64,000 nucleotides of DNA from Patescibacteria group bacterium (GTDB lineage: Bacteria > Patescibacteriota > Patescibacteriia > JAQUQO01): the NCBI GenBank assembly GCA_028716045.1, contig JAQUQO010000001.1, positions 798,343-862,342 of the forward strand, given 5' to 3'. The notes beneath the pieces were generated by a model. That model was not told the origin of the DNA, ran no database searches, and was given only the letters and a program-made list of their open reading frames with translations. Numbering within the stretch: the stretch's first letter is position 1; every line of letters begins with the position of its first letter. Shown here piece by piece: positions 1 through 9,716 of the stretch. A program made the position numbers and the translations under genes.

Positions 1-2325
1 GTTCAGAGCGGCGGCTCATCCATTTCCATAAATTATAATCCGGGCGACTTAGTGATTAACGAACTGGTTTCCGACCCGGCGGACGGCGGCACGGAGTGGA
101 TTGAAGTTTATAATAACACCGGCAGTTCCATTTCTCTTTTTGACTGGAAGATTGAAGACGGCGCGGAAGACATAACCGAACTGGCCGGCGACATTGCCGC
201 GTATGGATTTTTTGTTTTTAAAAATCCCAAAGGACTCTTGAATAATGCCGGAGATAAAATTATTCTAAAATATCAAGATAAAATTATTGATGAAATGACT
301 TACGGCGACTGGGACGATGGTGAAGAGGGGGACAACGCACCCATGGCCAAAGACCCGGCTTCTCTGGCGAGAGTTAAAGACGGGCAGGATTCAAATAATG
401 ACTACCGGGATTTTGCCATCACCGAAAAACCCACGCCCGGGGCGGCGAACATTTTGGAGGACTCGCCGGCTTATTTGGAAAGCTCTGTGGTTATCACCGA
501 ATTTTGTCCTAACCCCGAAGGGGCTGACAATGAAAATGAATTTATTGAAATTGGCAATTTCGGCACCGCGCCCGTTGATTTAACGGGTTGGATTTTGGCT
601 GACGCCAGCTCCAAAAAATATGTCATAAAAAAAGAGGACTTGCCCGCCGACCTTGGCCCCGGCCAGTATCTAGCTTTTTATCGCCGCGCTACCGGAATTG
701 CTTTAAATAATAGCGGCAAAGAGGAGGTTAAACTTTTTGACCCGACCGAACGGCTGGTTTCCTCCGTTACTTACAGCGGAAAAGCGGCGGAAAATGAAGC
801 TTACGCGCGTGATGAAAATAAAAAATGGTTTTGGACAAAAACTCCGACCCCCAGCCAGGCCAATGAGTTTGTCTCGTCAAATCAGAAACCCTTAGCCGTG
901 ATTAACGCCCCGACCGAAGTACTGGTTGGTGAGCTTATCGCTTTTGACGCTTCGGATTCCTCGGACCCTGAAAACGGCGACTTAAAATATCTTTGGGATT
1001 TTGGAGATGGGCAGACCAGCGCCGAAATGAGTCCTTTATATTTTTACAACGCGCCCGGACAATATAAAATTTCTCTGACCGCCACTGACCCGGAAAAACA
1101 AACCGGACAAACTTCCATCTTGATTACCGTGGCGGGCGACGGCGGCGTGGGCGGACCGGAAGAATTTATAGACGACTATTTGGGATTGAGCCAATCAATT
1201 ATCATAAATGAATTTTCCCCCAACCCCGCCGGTTCGGACTCCGCCGAATTTATTGAATTAAAAAATATCGGGGCGACCGCCATAAACCTCGCCGGCTGGA
1301 GCATTGACGATGAAGAAGGCGGAAGTAAACCATATGTTTTCAAAAATGAAACTATTATTGGACCCGGCGGATTTTTTGTTCTTAAAAAATCCGAATCAAA
1401 ACTATCCTTAAATAATGATGCTGATTCTGTTCGATCGCTAAATCCCGTGGGCGGACTCATGGAGTCAATTTCTTATGAAAGCGCTGTGGAGGGCGCGTCT
1501 TATTCGCGAAAAAATAATGACTGGCTTTGGACAACCGAGACCACCCCGGGCGAAGAAAATATACTTAACGTCTTCGTTAAAAAAGCCGTTGCAACCGGCA
1601 GCCAAAACAAAAAGTTTAAACCGACTCTCAATGTGGAACTGGAAAAAATCCGCGAACAAGATGTCGGCGACCGCGTAAAAGTCAAGGGTATCGTAGCGGT
1701 TTTACCCGGCATTCTCGGCCAACAAATTTTTTATCTGGCGGGGAGCGGCGTTCAAATTTATATGTACAATAAGGATTTCCCTAATCTCCAAATTGGGGAT
1801 TTTATAGAAGTTGCCGGAGAACTTTCGGAAAGCGGCGGGGAGGCGAGAATTAAAATTCAAGATAAAAGCGATATCACCATTTTAGAGCAACGCGAACCGC
1901 CCCAGCCGCATCCCCTAAAAATCGGCGAAATTGGCGAGGAAACCGAGGGTTTTCTCGCGACTATTGAGGGCGAAGTGATAGAAAAACGCGGTTCCAGCGT
2001 CTTTATTGATGATGGCAGCGATGAGGCGTTAATTTATATCAAAGACACCACCGGCATAGATAAAAATATTTTTGCGGAGGGCGTAAGGGCAAAAATCACC
2101 GGCATTATCAGCCAGACAAAAACCGGCTACCGCTTGCTCCCACGCTCTGACACGGATATAGAAATTTTAGAAAATACTGCGAAGGATAAATTATCGGAAA
2201 CAAAAATTTTGGAAACAACCACCAAAGGACAAAATACTTTAAAATACTTAAACGTCGCCACCATGGCGCTGGTGGTGGTTCTTGGCGGAATGGTAATGCG
2301 CCTGAAAAAAGAAGTAAAAAAATAA
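1..2325 (+). CDS. Surface protein with three lamin-tail domains (LTD), a PKD domain, two OB-fold-like domains and a C-terminal TM anchor; 5'-truncated by the window
   Basis: Frame is open from base 1 (VQSGGSSISINYNPGDLVINE); three INE/ITE..P....EWIE/EFIE..N.....L.GW...D repeats; PKD motif FDASDSSDP..YLWDFGDG; hydrophobic C-terminus. Confidence 0.8.
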   Translation, partial: VQSGGSSISINYNPGDLVINELVSDPADGGTEWIEVYNNTGSSISLFDWKIEDGAEDITELAGDIAAYGFFVFKNPKGLLNNAGDKIILKYQDKIIDEMTYGDWDDGEEGDNAPMAKDPASLARVKDGQDSNNDYRDFAITEKPTPGAANILEDSPAYLESSVVITEFCPNPEGADNENEFIEIGNFGTAPVDLTGWILADASSKKYVIKKEDLPADLGPGQYLAFYRRATGIALNNSGKEEVKLFDPTERLVSSVTYSGKAAENEAYARDENKKWFWTKTPTPSQANEFVSSNQKPLAVINAPTEVLVGELIAFDASDSSDPENGDLKYLWDFGDGQTSAEMSPLYFYNAPGQYKISLTATDPEKQTGQTSILITVAGDGGVGGPEEFIDDYLGLSQSIIINEFSPNPAGSDSAEFIELKNIGATAINLAGWSIDDEEGGSKPYVFKNETIIGPGGFFVLKKSESKLSLNNDADSVRSLNPVGGLMESISYESAVEGASYSRKNNDWLWTTETTPGEENILNVFVKKAVATGSQNKKFKPTLNVELEKIREQDVGDRVKVKGIVAVLPGILGQQIFYLAGSGVQIYMYNKDFPNLQIGDFIEVAGELSESGGEARIKIQDKSDITILEQREPPQPHPLKIGEIGEETEGFLATIEGEVIEKRGSSVFIDDGSDEALIYIKDTTGIDKNIFAEGVRAKITGIISQTKTGYRLLPRSDTDIEILENTAKDKLSETKILETTTKGQNTLKYLNVATMALVVVLGGMVMRLKKEVKK

Positions 2326-2331
2326 GGGGTT

Positions 2332-2619
2332 TTAAAAACCCCTTTTGGCTTTGTTAATCCTTAACATCATGATTAACTTTTGTAACTCCCCCGCCCATAT
2401 TGGTGGGGCCAGCGAAAGTAGAAGCCCCTCAAGCTCTGTAATTATTTCTACCAGCCGCTTTTCGGGTATCTCTTTCTCTCTAATCATTTCTTCGCAAAGT
2501 TTTTTTAATTCGGTGGTTTTGTCTTTTGATGCTTTTAAATCTTTCGGATTCTCAACCCAAATTTCTTTTATGGCCGTGAGTAGCGTCTCATATTTGGGCC
2601 CTTGCTTGGTTCCCTCCAT
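2332..2619 (-). CDS. Hypothetical protein (95 aa)
   Basis: ORF with AAGGAG SD and upstream TTGACA-N17-TATAAT promoter on the minus strand. Confidence 0.6.
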   Translation of the reverse strand: MEGTKQGPKYETLLTAIKEIWVENPKDLKASKDKTTELKKLCEEMIREKEIPEKRLVEIITELEGLLLSLAPPIWAGELQKLIMMLRINKAKRGF

Positions 2620-2779
2620 TTTTTCTCCTTTCCTTATAAAAATATACTAATACCGCATTATATCAGAAGTGCATAATTTTGTCAAGACGCGTCAGGGTTA
2701 AGTAAAATTTTTTTGTGTTTTATCGGCTTCTAGCGCGTCTCTTTTTTAAAAAAATTTACGGCCTTCGCGTCACACAAAG

Positions 2780-3020
2780 AGGGGGGTATATCTGGTGAAT
2801 AATTTTGTTGATATTTCTGTTTATAAACTTGGTATAAAAAATGGGGACATAAAAAATCTTTTTCTATCCACCGCCAACCAACAATTCTTTCAAAGTTTTA
2901 TTCACCGACGGCACACAGCAAAAAAACGAAAAGCAAATGTTTTTTTAAAAAAACCAAGGTTGTCCCCTCGCTTATTGTTATTACCGTATTTATATATACT
3001 ATAAATAATATAATAGGGGG
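2780..3020. other. Candidate replication origin (DnaA-box array plus AT-rich unwinding region)
   Basis: Degenerate DnaA boxes at 2794, 2806, 2818, 2829 and 2842 (same orientation, 11-13 bp pitch), opposite-orientation boxes at 2864 and 2898, then a box-like 9-mer at about 2960 followed by TAT/TGT/TAT/TAC triplets and a very AT-rich tract. Confidence 0.5.
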
Positions 3021-3075
3021 CACTTTTAAAACGACCCCGGGTGTAGTAAAATAAAGATGTAAATAATTAACTATT

Positions 3076-3264
3076 ATGGGGTATCTTTGCGAGTCCTGCG
3101 GGGAAATTGGAAATTCGGAGGTGATTTTTACCTGTGGACAATGCGGGCACGGGGGTGTTCGTCCGGGGGGTGACAAATATGTTTGTCCGGAATGCGGGGA
3201 GCTGGGAATTGAGGGTTTATCACAAACCTGCCGGAAATGCGGAAACGTGGTGGAGGTGATTTAA
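3076..3264 (+). CDS. Small zinc-ribbon protein
   Basis: Four CxxC motifs (CESC, CGQC, CPEC, CRKC) in 62 aa. Confidence 0.65.
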   Translation: MGYLCESCGEIGNSEVIFTCGQCGHGGVRPGGDKYVCPECGELGIEGLSQTCRKCGNVVEVI

Positions 3265-3272
3265 AAAATTTT

Positions 3273-3782
3273 ATGGAAAACAACAAGACATTTTTTTTAG
3301 GCCTTATTATTTTAGTTATCATTGCTTTAATCATCGTCGGGTTTTTGATTTTTTCCTTGAAATCAGAAGCCCCCGGGGACTTTTTCTCTTTTGATGAAAA
3401 AGCCGATGAAAACGGCCAAAAAACAGCGGGGGACAAAAAACTCGGAGGGGAAACGCTAACCCTAGCGGAGCAAGAAAATAAAAAACTGGTTGATTTTGAG
3501 GGACCCCAAAACGAAATTGTAATAATCGCCCAAAAATGGTCTTTTTCACCAAATGTTATTAGGGTTAAACGGGGCGAAAAGGTAATTTTAAAATTGATAA
3601 GCCAAGATGTTCCCCACGGAATCACCATTCCAGAATTTAAAATAAGAACAACTATAGAGCCGGGTACGGAAACCACAGTAGAATTTATTGCTGACAAAGC
3701 CGGGGAGTTTGATTTTTTCTCACATGTCTATTCTGGCCCAGAATATCGCCAAATGCGCGGCAAATTAATTGTTGAAGAATAA
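3273..3782 (+). CDS. Membrane-anchored cupredoxin-domain protein (COX2/NosZ C-terminal-like) with a degenerate CuA site
   Basis: N-terminal TM; KWSFSPNVIRVKRGEKV..SQDVPHG..GEFDFFSHVYSGPEYRQMRGKLIV; start taken at ATG 3273. Confidence 0.75.
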   Translation: MENNKTFFLGLIILVIIALIIVGFLIFSLKSEAPGDFFSFDEKADENGQKTAGDKKLGGETLTLAEQENKKLVDFEGPQNEIVIIAQKWSFSPNVIRVKRGEKVILKLISQDVPHGITIPEFKIRTTIEPGTETTVEFIADKAGEFDFFSHVYSGPEYRQMRGKLIVEE

Positions 3783-3786
3783 AAAT

Positions 3787-4233
3787 ATGATTTATTTAGG
3801 AGCTGACCACGCCGGGTTTGATTTAAAAAAGATTATCAAAAATTATCTGGATTCTATTGGTGTGGCCAACAAGGACTTGGGTAATACCAAACTAGACCCG
3901 GATGATGATTATAATGATTTTGCCAAAAAAGTCGCCCAAAAAGTGGCCCGAGAGAAGGGCGCGCGCGGGATTTTAATTTGCGGTACCGGCAACGGGGTTT
4001 GTATTGTGGCTAATAAAATCAGGGGGATACAGGCGGCCATAGCGCATAATGAATTTACCGCTCGTATGGCCAAAAGGCATGGTGATACCAACATACTTTG
4101 TCTGGGGGGCAGGGTGGTTAAGCCAACCAAAGCCAAAAAGTTGGTTAAGATTTGGTTGGAAGAAAAACTTTCCCCTGACCCAAAATATCTTCGTAGAATC
4201 AAAAAGATTTTTGCTTTGGAAAAAAATTTATGA
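3787..4233 (+). CDS. rpiB: Ribose-5-phosphate isomerase B
   Basis: GADHAG, ICGTGNG and ANKIRGI motifs. Confidence 0.93.
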   Translation: MIYLGADHAGFDLKKIIKNYLDSIGVANKDLGNTKLDPDDDYNDFAKKVAQKVAREKGARGILICGTGNGVCIVANKIRGIQAAIAHNEFTARMAKRHGDTNILCLGGRVVKPTKAKKLVKIWLEEKLSPDPKYLRRIKKIFALEKNL

Positions 4234-4859
4234 TAGAAATAATCCCGGCCATTTTGGAAAAAACTCGCGCCGGTTTTTTAAATAAGATAAAAATCGCCGT
4301 CAAAATCGCCAAATGGATACAAATTGACATAATGGACGGTAAATTTGTGCCGACCAAAAGCTATTTTGACCTGAAAGTTTTTAAAAAATACCCCCGAAAC
4401 AATTTTGAGGCGCACTTGATGGTGGATTATCCCACAAAGTATCTTAAAAAATTAGCTAATTTTGGTGTAAAAAGAGTTATTTTTCATGTGGAATGTCGTG
4501 AACCGATTGCTAATGTTATAGAAATGGTAAAAAAGCAAAAAATGTCTGCGGGGTTGGCATTTAATCCGCGAACTTTAGTAAAAAAGATTAAGCCGTTTTT
4601 AAATAAAATTGACGTACTGCTCTTTTTGGGGGTGACGCCGGGCAGACAGGGACAGAAATTCCAGCCGAGCGTTTTGAAAAAAGTAAAAGAGGTTAAAAAG
4701 TTAAAACCGCGCTGTAAACTGGCGCTGGACGGCGGAGTAAATGATAAAAATGCTAAACGACTAGTGCGGGCGGGGATTGATATTTTATGTATCGGCAGTT
4801 ATTTGCTAATATCAGCTGATATTAAAAAGACGTTTGCTAAACTAAAATCTATAAACTAA
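4230..4859 (+). CDS. rpe: Ribulose-phosphate 3-epimerase
   Basis: QIDIMDGKFVP, EAHLMV, PGRQGQ and DGGVN motifs. Confidence 0.92.
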   Translation: MIEIIPAILEKTRAGFLNKIKIAVKIAKWIQIDIMDGKFVPTKSYFDLKVFKKYPRNNFEAHLMVDYPTKYLKKLANFGVKRVIFHVECREPIANVIEMVKKQKMSAGLAFNPRTLVKKIKPFLNKIDVLLFLGVTPGRQGQKFQPSVLKKVKEVKKLKPRCKLALDGGVNDKNAKRLVRAGIDILCIGSYLLISADIKKTFAKLKSIN

Positions 4860-4922
4860 GTATAAAATAAAAATCCCCACTTCATATTTCGCGAAGCGGG
4901 GATTTGTCTTTGGGATATTTTT

Positions 4923-5171
4923 TTATCCTTCTTCTTCGGGGGTTTCGGGCTGTTTTTCTTCTTTAGCGATGTTAAAGTACTTCATGAGTTTTTGTTGGTT
5001 TTTTTCAATCTTTTCCAAGAAATTGAGCACCCACACGAACCCCCCTACTGTAATCACAGTGAGCGACAGAATGCCGTGCATCTGCAATGGAGTCCCCGTT
5101 AGGACAGAAAAAACAAATGACAGCGCCATCCATAGAGTAGCTGCTATAAAAAACCTAGATGTAGAACTCAT
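4923..5171 (-). CDS. Hypothetical two-TM membrane protein
   Basis: ORF with AGGAGG SD, its own TTGACA-N17-TATACT promoter and a downstream hairpin (4870-4907). Confidence 0.6.
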   Translation of the reverse strand: MSSTSRFFIAATLWMALSFVFSVLTGTPLQMHGILSLTVITVGGFVWVLNFLEKIEKNQQKLMKYFNIAKEEKQPETPEEEG

Positions 5172-5301
5172 TTTTTACCTCCTATTTTGAATGTTTTACT
5201 TCAAAAAACGATAACGTTTTAGTATAGCATAAGTGTAATGGCTTGTCAAGTTCACAAAGACAATTTTTAAATTGTCTTTACTCCGCGCGATATATAAAAA
5301 T

Positions 5302-5361
5302 TTGTTTACCTGACTTTAGTCAGCGTTATTCCGTTTTTTAGCCGACTAAAGTCGGGTGAAC
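5302..5361. repeat. REP-like inverted repeat doublet
   Basis: TGTTTACCTGACTTTAGTCAGC ... GCCGACTAAAGTCGGGTGAACA; each arm is itself palindromic. Confidence 0.6.
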
Positions 5362-5393
5362 ACTTTTGGAGATTTTATGATATAATAAACCTA

Positions 5394-6218
5394 ATGAAAA
5401 CCAACTCAATCGCAAAATTAAAATTGATTGCTAATGATATTCGCCAAGATATTATTCGCATGACAGCAACGGCGGGTTCCGGACATCCGGGCGGGGCTTT
5501 GGGTTTGGCAGATATTTTTGCCGCGCTATATTTTAATATCTTAAAACACAATCCCCAAAAGCCCAACTGGCCGCAACGGGATTTTTTAATTTTATCCAAT
5601 GGACATGTTTGCCCGGTGTTATATTCGTCTTTGGCGCGCGCCGGATATTTTCCGGTTAAAAAATTACAAACTCTGCGCCGTCTGGGCAGTCCTTTGCAGG
5701 GGCATCCGCACCGCGGAACTTTGCCGGGTGTGGAAAATACCAGCGGCCCCCTGGGGCAGGGCCTTGGGCAAGCAGTCGGTCTGGCTTTGGCCTTAAAATT
5801 GGATAAAAAAGCCAATAAAGTTTTTGTGATGATGAGCGATGGCGAGCAGGACTGCGGCTCAATTTGGGAGGCGGCCATGGCAGCCAATAAGTATAAACTT
5901 AAAAATTTAATTGGCATTGTTGATTACAACGGAATCCAATTGAGTGGCAAAACAAAAGATATTATGCCCTTGGGTTCACTTAGAAAAAAATATGAATCTT
6001 TTGGCTGGAAAGTTTTAGAAATTGACGGACATAATTTTGAGGAGATTTTAGGGGCATTCGCCAAAGCGAAAAAGATGAATGGGCCAATTGTTATTATCGC
6101 TCGCACGGTGCTGGGAAAGGGCGTGAGTTTTATGGAAAATAAATACGAGTGGCATGGTAAAGCGCCAGATAAAGAACTCGCGGCTAAAGCCCTTAAAGAA
6201 TTGAGCGCTATAAAATAA
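5394..6218 (+). CDS. Transketolase, N-terminal subunit
   Basis: SGHPGG, LSNGH, LQGHP, GPLGQG and SDGE TPP-binding motifs. Confidence 0.93.
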   Translation: MKTNSIAKLKLIANDIRQDIIRMTATAGSGHPGGALGLADIFAALYFNILKHNPQKPNWPQRDFLILSNGHVCPVLYSSLARAGYFPVKKLQTLRRLGSPLQGHPHRGTLPGVENTSGPLGQGLGQAVGLALALKLDKKANKVFVMMSDGEQDCGSIWEAAMAANKYKLKNLIGIVDYNGIQLSGKTKDIMPLGSLRKKYESFGWKVLEIDGHNFEEILGAFAKAKKMNGPIVIIARTVLGKGVSFMENKYEWHGKAPDKELAAKALKELSAIK

Positions 6219-6220
6219 TT

Positions 6221-7204
6221 ATGTTGAATAAGACGTTGAATAAAAAAGTATTTATTAATCCGGAAAAGATTTCCACGCGCGATGGCTATGGCGAGGGCCT
6301 GATTGAAGCCGGAAAGAAAAATAAAAACGTGGTGGCGGTTTCCGCCGACCTCTCTGAATCCGTGCGCGCGCAGTGGTTCGCAAAAAAATTTCCGCAACGG
6401 TTTTTTGAGGTGGGAGTGGCCGAACAGAATTTGGCGCTGGTTGGCGCCGGTCTGGCGCTGGGAGGAAAAATTCCTTTTCTAAATAGCTACGCTGTTTTTT
6501 CGCCCGCCCGCAATTGGGACCATATCCGCACGGCCATTTGTTATAACAATGCCAATGTTAAAATTGTCGGTTCGCATGGGGGCTTGGCTACGGGGCCGGA
6601 CGGCGCAACCCATCAAGCGCTGGAAGACATTGCCATCATGCGAGTTTTGCCCAACATGACAGTGGTGGTTCCTTGCGATGTTGAAGAAGCGAGAGAAGCC
6701 ACATTGGCTATCGCCTCACAAAATGGTCCGGCTTATTTGCGACTTTCCCGTCCTGCCACTCCTGTGATTACTACAAAACGAACACCATTTAAACTCGGGC
6801 AAGCGGAAATTTTTATGTCCGGCAGGGATTTAACTCTAATCGCCTGCGGCCCCTTGGTTTATGAAGCGCTAAAAGCGGCGGAAGAATTAGCCAAAGAAAA
6901 AATACGCGTGGAAGTAATTAACTGCCACACTATAAAACCTTTGGATAAAAAAACAATTCTTCGCTCTGTCCGCAAAACCAAACGGGTAATCACTCTTGAA
7001 GACCACCAAATCGCCGGCGGCCTGGGCGGAGCCGTAGCTGAACTTTTGGCCGAAAATTATCCCGTGCCGATTAAATTTATCGGCATTAAAGACAAGTTTG
7101 GCGAATCGGGAGAAACCGACGCCCTTCTTAAAAAATACGGTCTTACCCGAGAATATATTATCAAAGCTATAAAAAATATTTTAAAGAAAAAAATAATATG
7201 TTAG
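6221..7204 (+). CDS. Transketolase, C-terminal subunit
   Basis: GVAEQN, DGATHQALED and EDHQ..GGLG motifs. Confidence 0.93.
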   Translation: MLNKTLNKKVFINPEKISTRDGYGEGLIEAGKKNKNVVAVSADLSESVRAQWFAKKFPQRFFEVGVAEQNLALVGAGLALGGKIPFLNSYAVFSPARNWDHIRTAICYNNANVKIVGSHGGLATGPDGATHQALEDIAIMRVLPNMTVVVPCDVEEAREATLAIASQNGPAYLRLSRPATPVITTKRTPFKLGQAEIFMSGRDLTLIACGPLVYEALKAAEELAKEKIRVEVINCHTIKPLDKKTILRSVRKTKRVITLEDHQIAGGLGGAVAELLAENYPVPIKFIGIKDKFGESGETDALLKKYGLTREYIIKAIKNILKKKIIC

Positions 7205-8175
7205 ACATTATCACTATTGGTTCAGCTACCCGAGACGTTTTTTTGGAAAACGTCCCTTTTACAATAGAAAAATCAAAAAAATCTCCGACGGGCTATTTCG
7301 CCTCATTGCCGCTTGGCTCAAAAATAGAAATTAAAAAAATGTTATTTGAAACCGGCGGCGGCGGCACCAATACAGCCGTAACTTTTAGCCGGTTGGGATT
7401 AAACACCGCCACCGTGGCCGCCGTGGGAGATGACCCAGGCGGAAAAGAAATTGTCGCCCGGCTTAAAAAAGAGGGGATAAACACCAACTTCATTACAATA
7501 AACAAAGGAAGTTTGACTGGCTATTCAGTAATTCTTTTGACCCCAAAGGGACAGCGGACAATTTTGGTCCACCGCGGCGCCAGCGGCCTCATGAATGATG
7601 AAATTATCCCCTGGAAAAAATTAAGGGCGAAATGGCTTTATATTTCTTCTTTGGGCGGGAATGTTGAGTTGTTAAAAAAATTGGTTAATTATGCCAGAAG
7701 AAACGAAATTAAAATAGCAGTTAATCCGGGCGCTTTAGAATTAAAAGCAGGATTTAGAAAACTACGGCCCATTTTAAACAAAGCAGAAATACTGCTTTTA
7801 AACAGGGAGGAGGCGGCTGGTTTAAGCGGCCAACGTCTAGAAAATCTGCCGGCAATTCTGAATTTTTTTAAAGCCAAGTTTGAACCAATCACTATTATTA
7901 CCGATGGGGCAAGAGATGCTTTTGTTATTGACTCGCCGCATACTTATCGAACCCGTCCGCTGGATGTGAAAATAGTAAACACTACCGGCGCGGGAGATGC
8001 CTTTGGCTCGGCTTTTACCGCCGGCATAATTTTGAAAAACGACATTGGCTATGCTTTGCGGTTGGCTATTTTTAACTCCACCTCGGTAATAACAGCGATG
8101 GGGGCCAAAAAGGGACTGCTTGCCAAACGGCCCACGGCAGCGGAATTAAATAAAGTTAAAGTAACTATAAAATAA
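7198..8175 (+). CDS. PfkB-family carbohydrate kinase
   Basis: GGGGTNTA and NTTGAGDAF signatures. Confidence 0.88.
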   Translation: MLDIITIGSATRDVFLENVPFTIEKSKKSPTGYFASLPLGSKIEIKKMLFETGGGGTNTAVTFSRLGLNTATVAAVGDDPGGKEIVARLKKEGINTNFITINKGSLTGYSVILLTPKGQRTILVHRGASGLMNDEIIPWKKLRAKWLYISSLGGNVELLKKLVNYARRNEIKIAVNPGALELKAGFRKLRPILNKAEILLLNREEAAGLSGQRLENLPAILNFFKAKFEPITIITDGARDAFVIDSPHTYRTRPLDVKIVNTTGAGDAFGSAFTAGIILKNDIGYALRLAIFNSTSVITAMGAKKGLLAKRPTAAELNKVKVTIK

Positions 8176-8176
8176 T

Positions 8177-9169
8177 ATGCCCAAACACAAAATATATATC
8201 ACTAGAAAAATTCCGGCAAATGCCATACTTGCCCTGAAAAAGGCGGGGTTTGCAGTGGACTACTTCCCCAGGGCCGATATTCTAATACCTCGCCAAACTT
8301 TGCTTAAAAAAGTTAAAGGGTGTTCGGCGATTCTTTCTCTTCTCACTGACCCTATAGACGCCAAAGTAATGGATGCCGCCGGCCCTAAATTAAAAATCAT
8401 TTCCAATTATGCCGTGGGTTTTGATAATATTGATGTTGCCGAAGCGAAAAAAAGAAAGATTATCGTCACCAACACGCCCTGCGAAGAAGTGAGCGAGGCC
8501 GTAGCTGAAATGGCCATGACTATGGTGATGGCTTTATCGCGAAAAATCATTCCAGCCGATGAATATACCAAGTCCGGAAAATATAAGGGGTGGGACCCAA
8601 TGCTCTTGTTAGGCAATTCTTTGATGGGCAAAACTTTGGGGATAGTCGGGCTGGGCAGAATCGGCGCGGGGCTGGCTCATCGGGCGGCGGATGGTTTTGG
8701 TTTAAAAATAATTTATAACGATATCCGCCGTAATCCTGAATTTGAAAAAAGATACGGGGCAAAATATGTTTCCCAAGAAAAACTATTGCGGACGGCTGAC
8801 TTTGTTTCTCTGCACGTGCCCTTGTTACCTTCCACGCGCCATTTAATTTCCACCAAAGAATTAAAAATGATGGGAAAAACCGCTTATTTAATTAATACCG
8901 CTCGCGGCCCGATTGTTGATGAACTGGCTTTAAATAAGGCCCTGCTCCGCGGTGATATCGCCGGAGCCGCGATTGATGTCTATGAATGCGAACCCACTAT
9001 TGATTGCCGACCCTACGATGCTTATAGCTTAAAAAAACTAGATAATATTATAATGACTCCGCACATTGCTTCGGCTTCTGTGGAAGCGCGAAACAAAATG
9101 TCCGAAATCGCCGTAAAAAATATTATTAATGTCCTTAGGGGTAAAAAACCATTAACGCCGGCAAAGTAA
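8177..9169 (+). CDS. D-glycerate dehydrogenase / glyoxylate reductase (D-2-hydroxyacid dehydrogenase)
   Basis: AVGFDNID, GLGRIG, INTARG and TPHIAS motifs. Confidence 0.9.
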   Translation: MPKHKIYITRKIPANAILALKKAGFAVDYFPRADILIPRQTLLKKVKGCSAILSLLTDPIDAKVMDAAGPKLKIISNYAVGFDNIDVAEAKKRKIIVTNTPCEEVSEAVAEMAMTMVMALSRKIIPADEYTKSGKYKGWDPMLLLGNSLMGKTLGIVGLGRIGAGLAHRAADGFGLKIIYNDIRRNPEFEKRYGAKYVSQEKLLRTADFVSLHVPLLPSTRHLISTKELKMMGKTAYLINTARGPIVDELALNKALLRGDIAGAAIDVYECEPTIDCRPYDAYSLKKLDNIIMTPHIASASVEARNKMSEIAVKNIINVLRGKKPLTPAK

Positions 9170-9390
9170 TGATAACCATAAAAGTAAAAGTCATTCCTCG
9201 CGCCAAACATCAGAAAATAGAAAAGCTGCCAGACGGCAGCTTTAAGGTTTATCTGAACGCTCCACCGCTTGAAGGCCGGGCCAATGAAGCGCTGATTAAA
9301 ATTTTATCTAAAGAATTTGGTGTCAGCAAAAGCGAAGTGGAAATTATACGGGGAGAGAAAGGGAAAGCGAAAGTAGTAAAAATTTTTTAA
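9169..9390 (+). CDS. DUF167 / YggU-family protein
   Basis: VKVIPRA..APPLEGRAN..LSKEFGV..GEKGKAK. Confidence 0.88.
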   Translation: MITIKVKVIPRAKHQKIEKLPDGSFKVYLNAPPLEGRANEALIKILSKEFGVSKSEVEIIRGEKGKAKVVKIF

Positions 9391-9410
9391 CGATTTGGTA
9401 AGGGGTCTGG

Positions 9411-9716
9411 TCAGATTCTTCGGTCGTCCCGAGAGTTTGGGACTCCCTCAGAATGACAACGGGAAACCGGATCCCATCCGCCTTTAGAAAAAGGATTGCA
9501 ACGCAATACCCGCCACATTGCCTTAAACCCGCCCCTGAGCACTCCCAATTTTTCCACTGCTTCATAGGCGTACTCCGAACAAGTCGGCCGGAAGCGGCAA
9601 TAACCGTGAGGAAATAAATACTTAAACACTCCGTGGTCAAACGAGAGTGTTTTTTGATAGATTTTAATTATTTTCAGAACTAAAAGACGAGTATTATAGG
9701 CGATAAGATTTCTCAT
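9411..9716 (-). CDS. yidD: Membrane protein insertion efficiency factor
   Basis: [25 protein letters not shown]; follows rnpA. Confidence 0.92.
   Translation of the reverse strand: MRNLIAYNTRLLVLKIIKIYQKTLSFDHGVFKYLFPHGYCRFRPTCSEYAYEAVEKLGVLRGGFKAMWRVLRCNPFSKGGWDPVSRCHSEGVPNSRDDRRI

Noticed and set aside
2795-3176. ORFs 2795..3004 and 2898..3176
   Set aside because: No SD or motifs; they overlap the DnaA-box array and the zinc-ribbon gene
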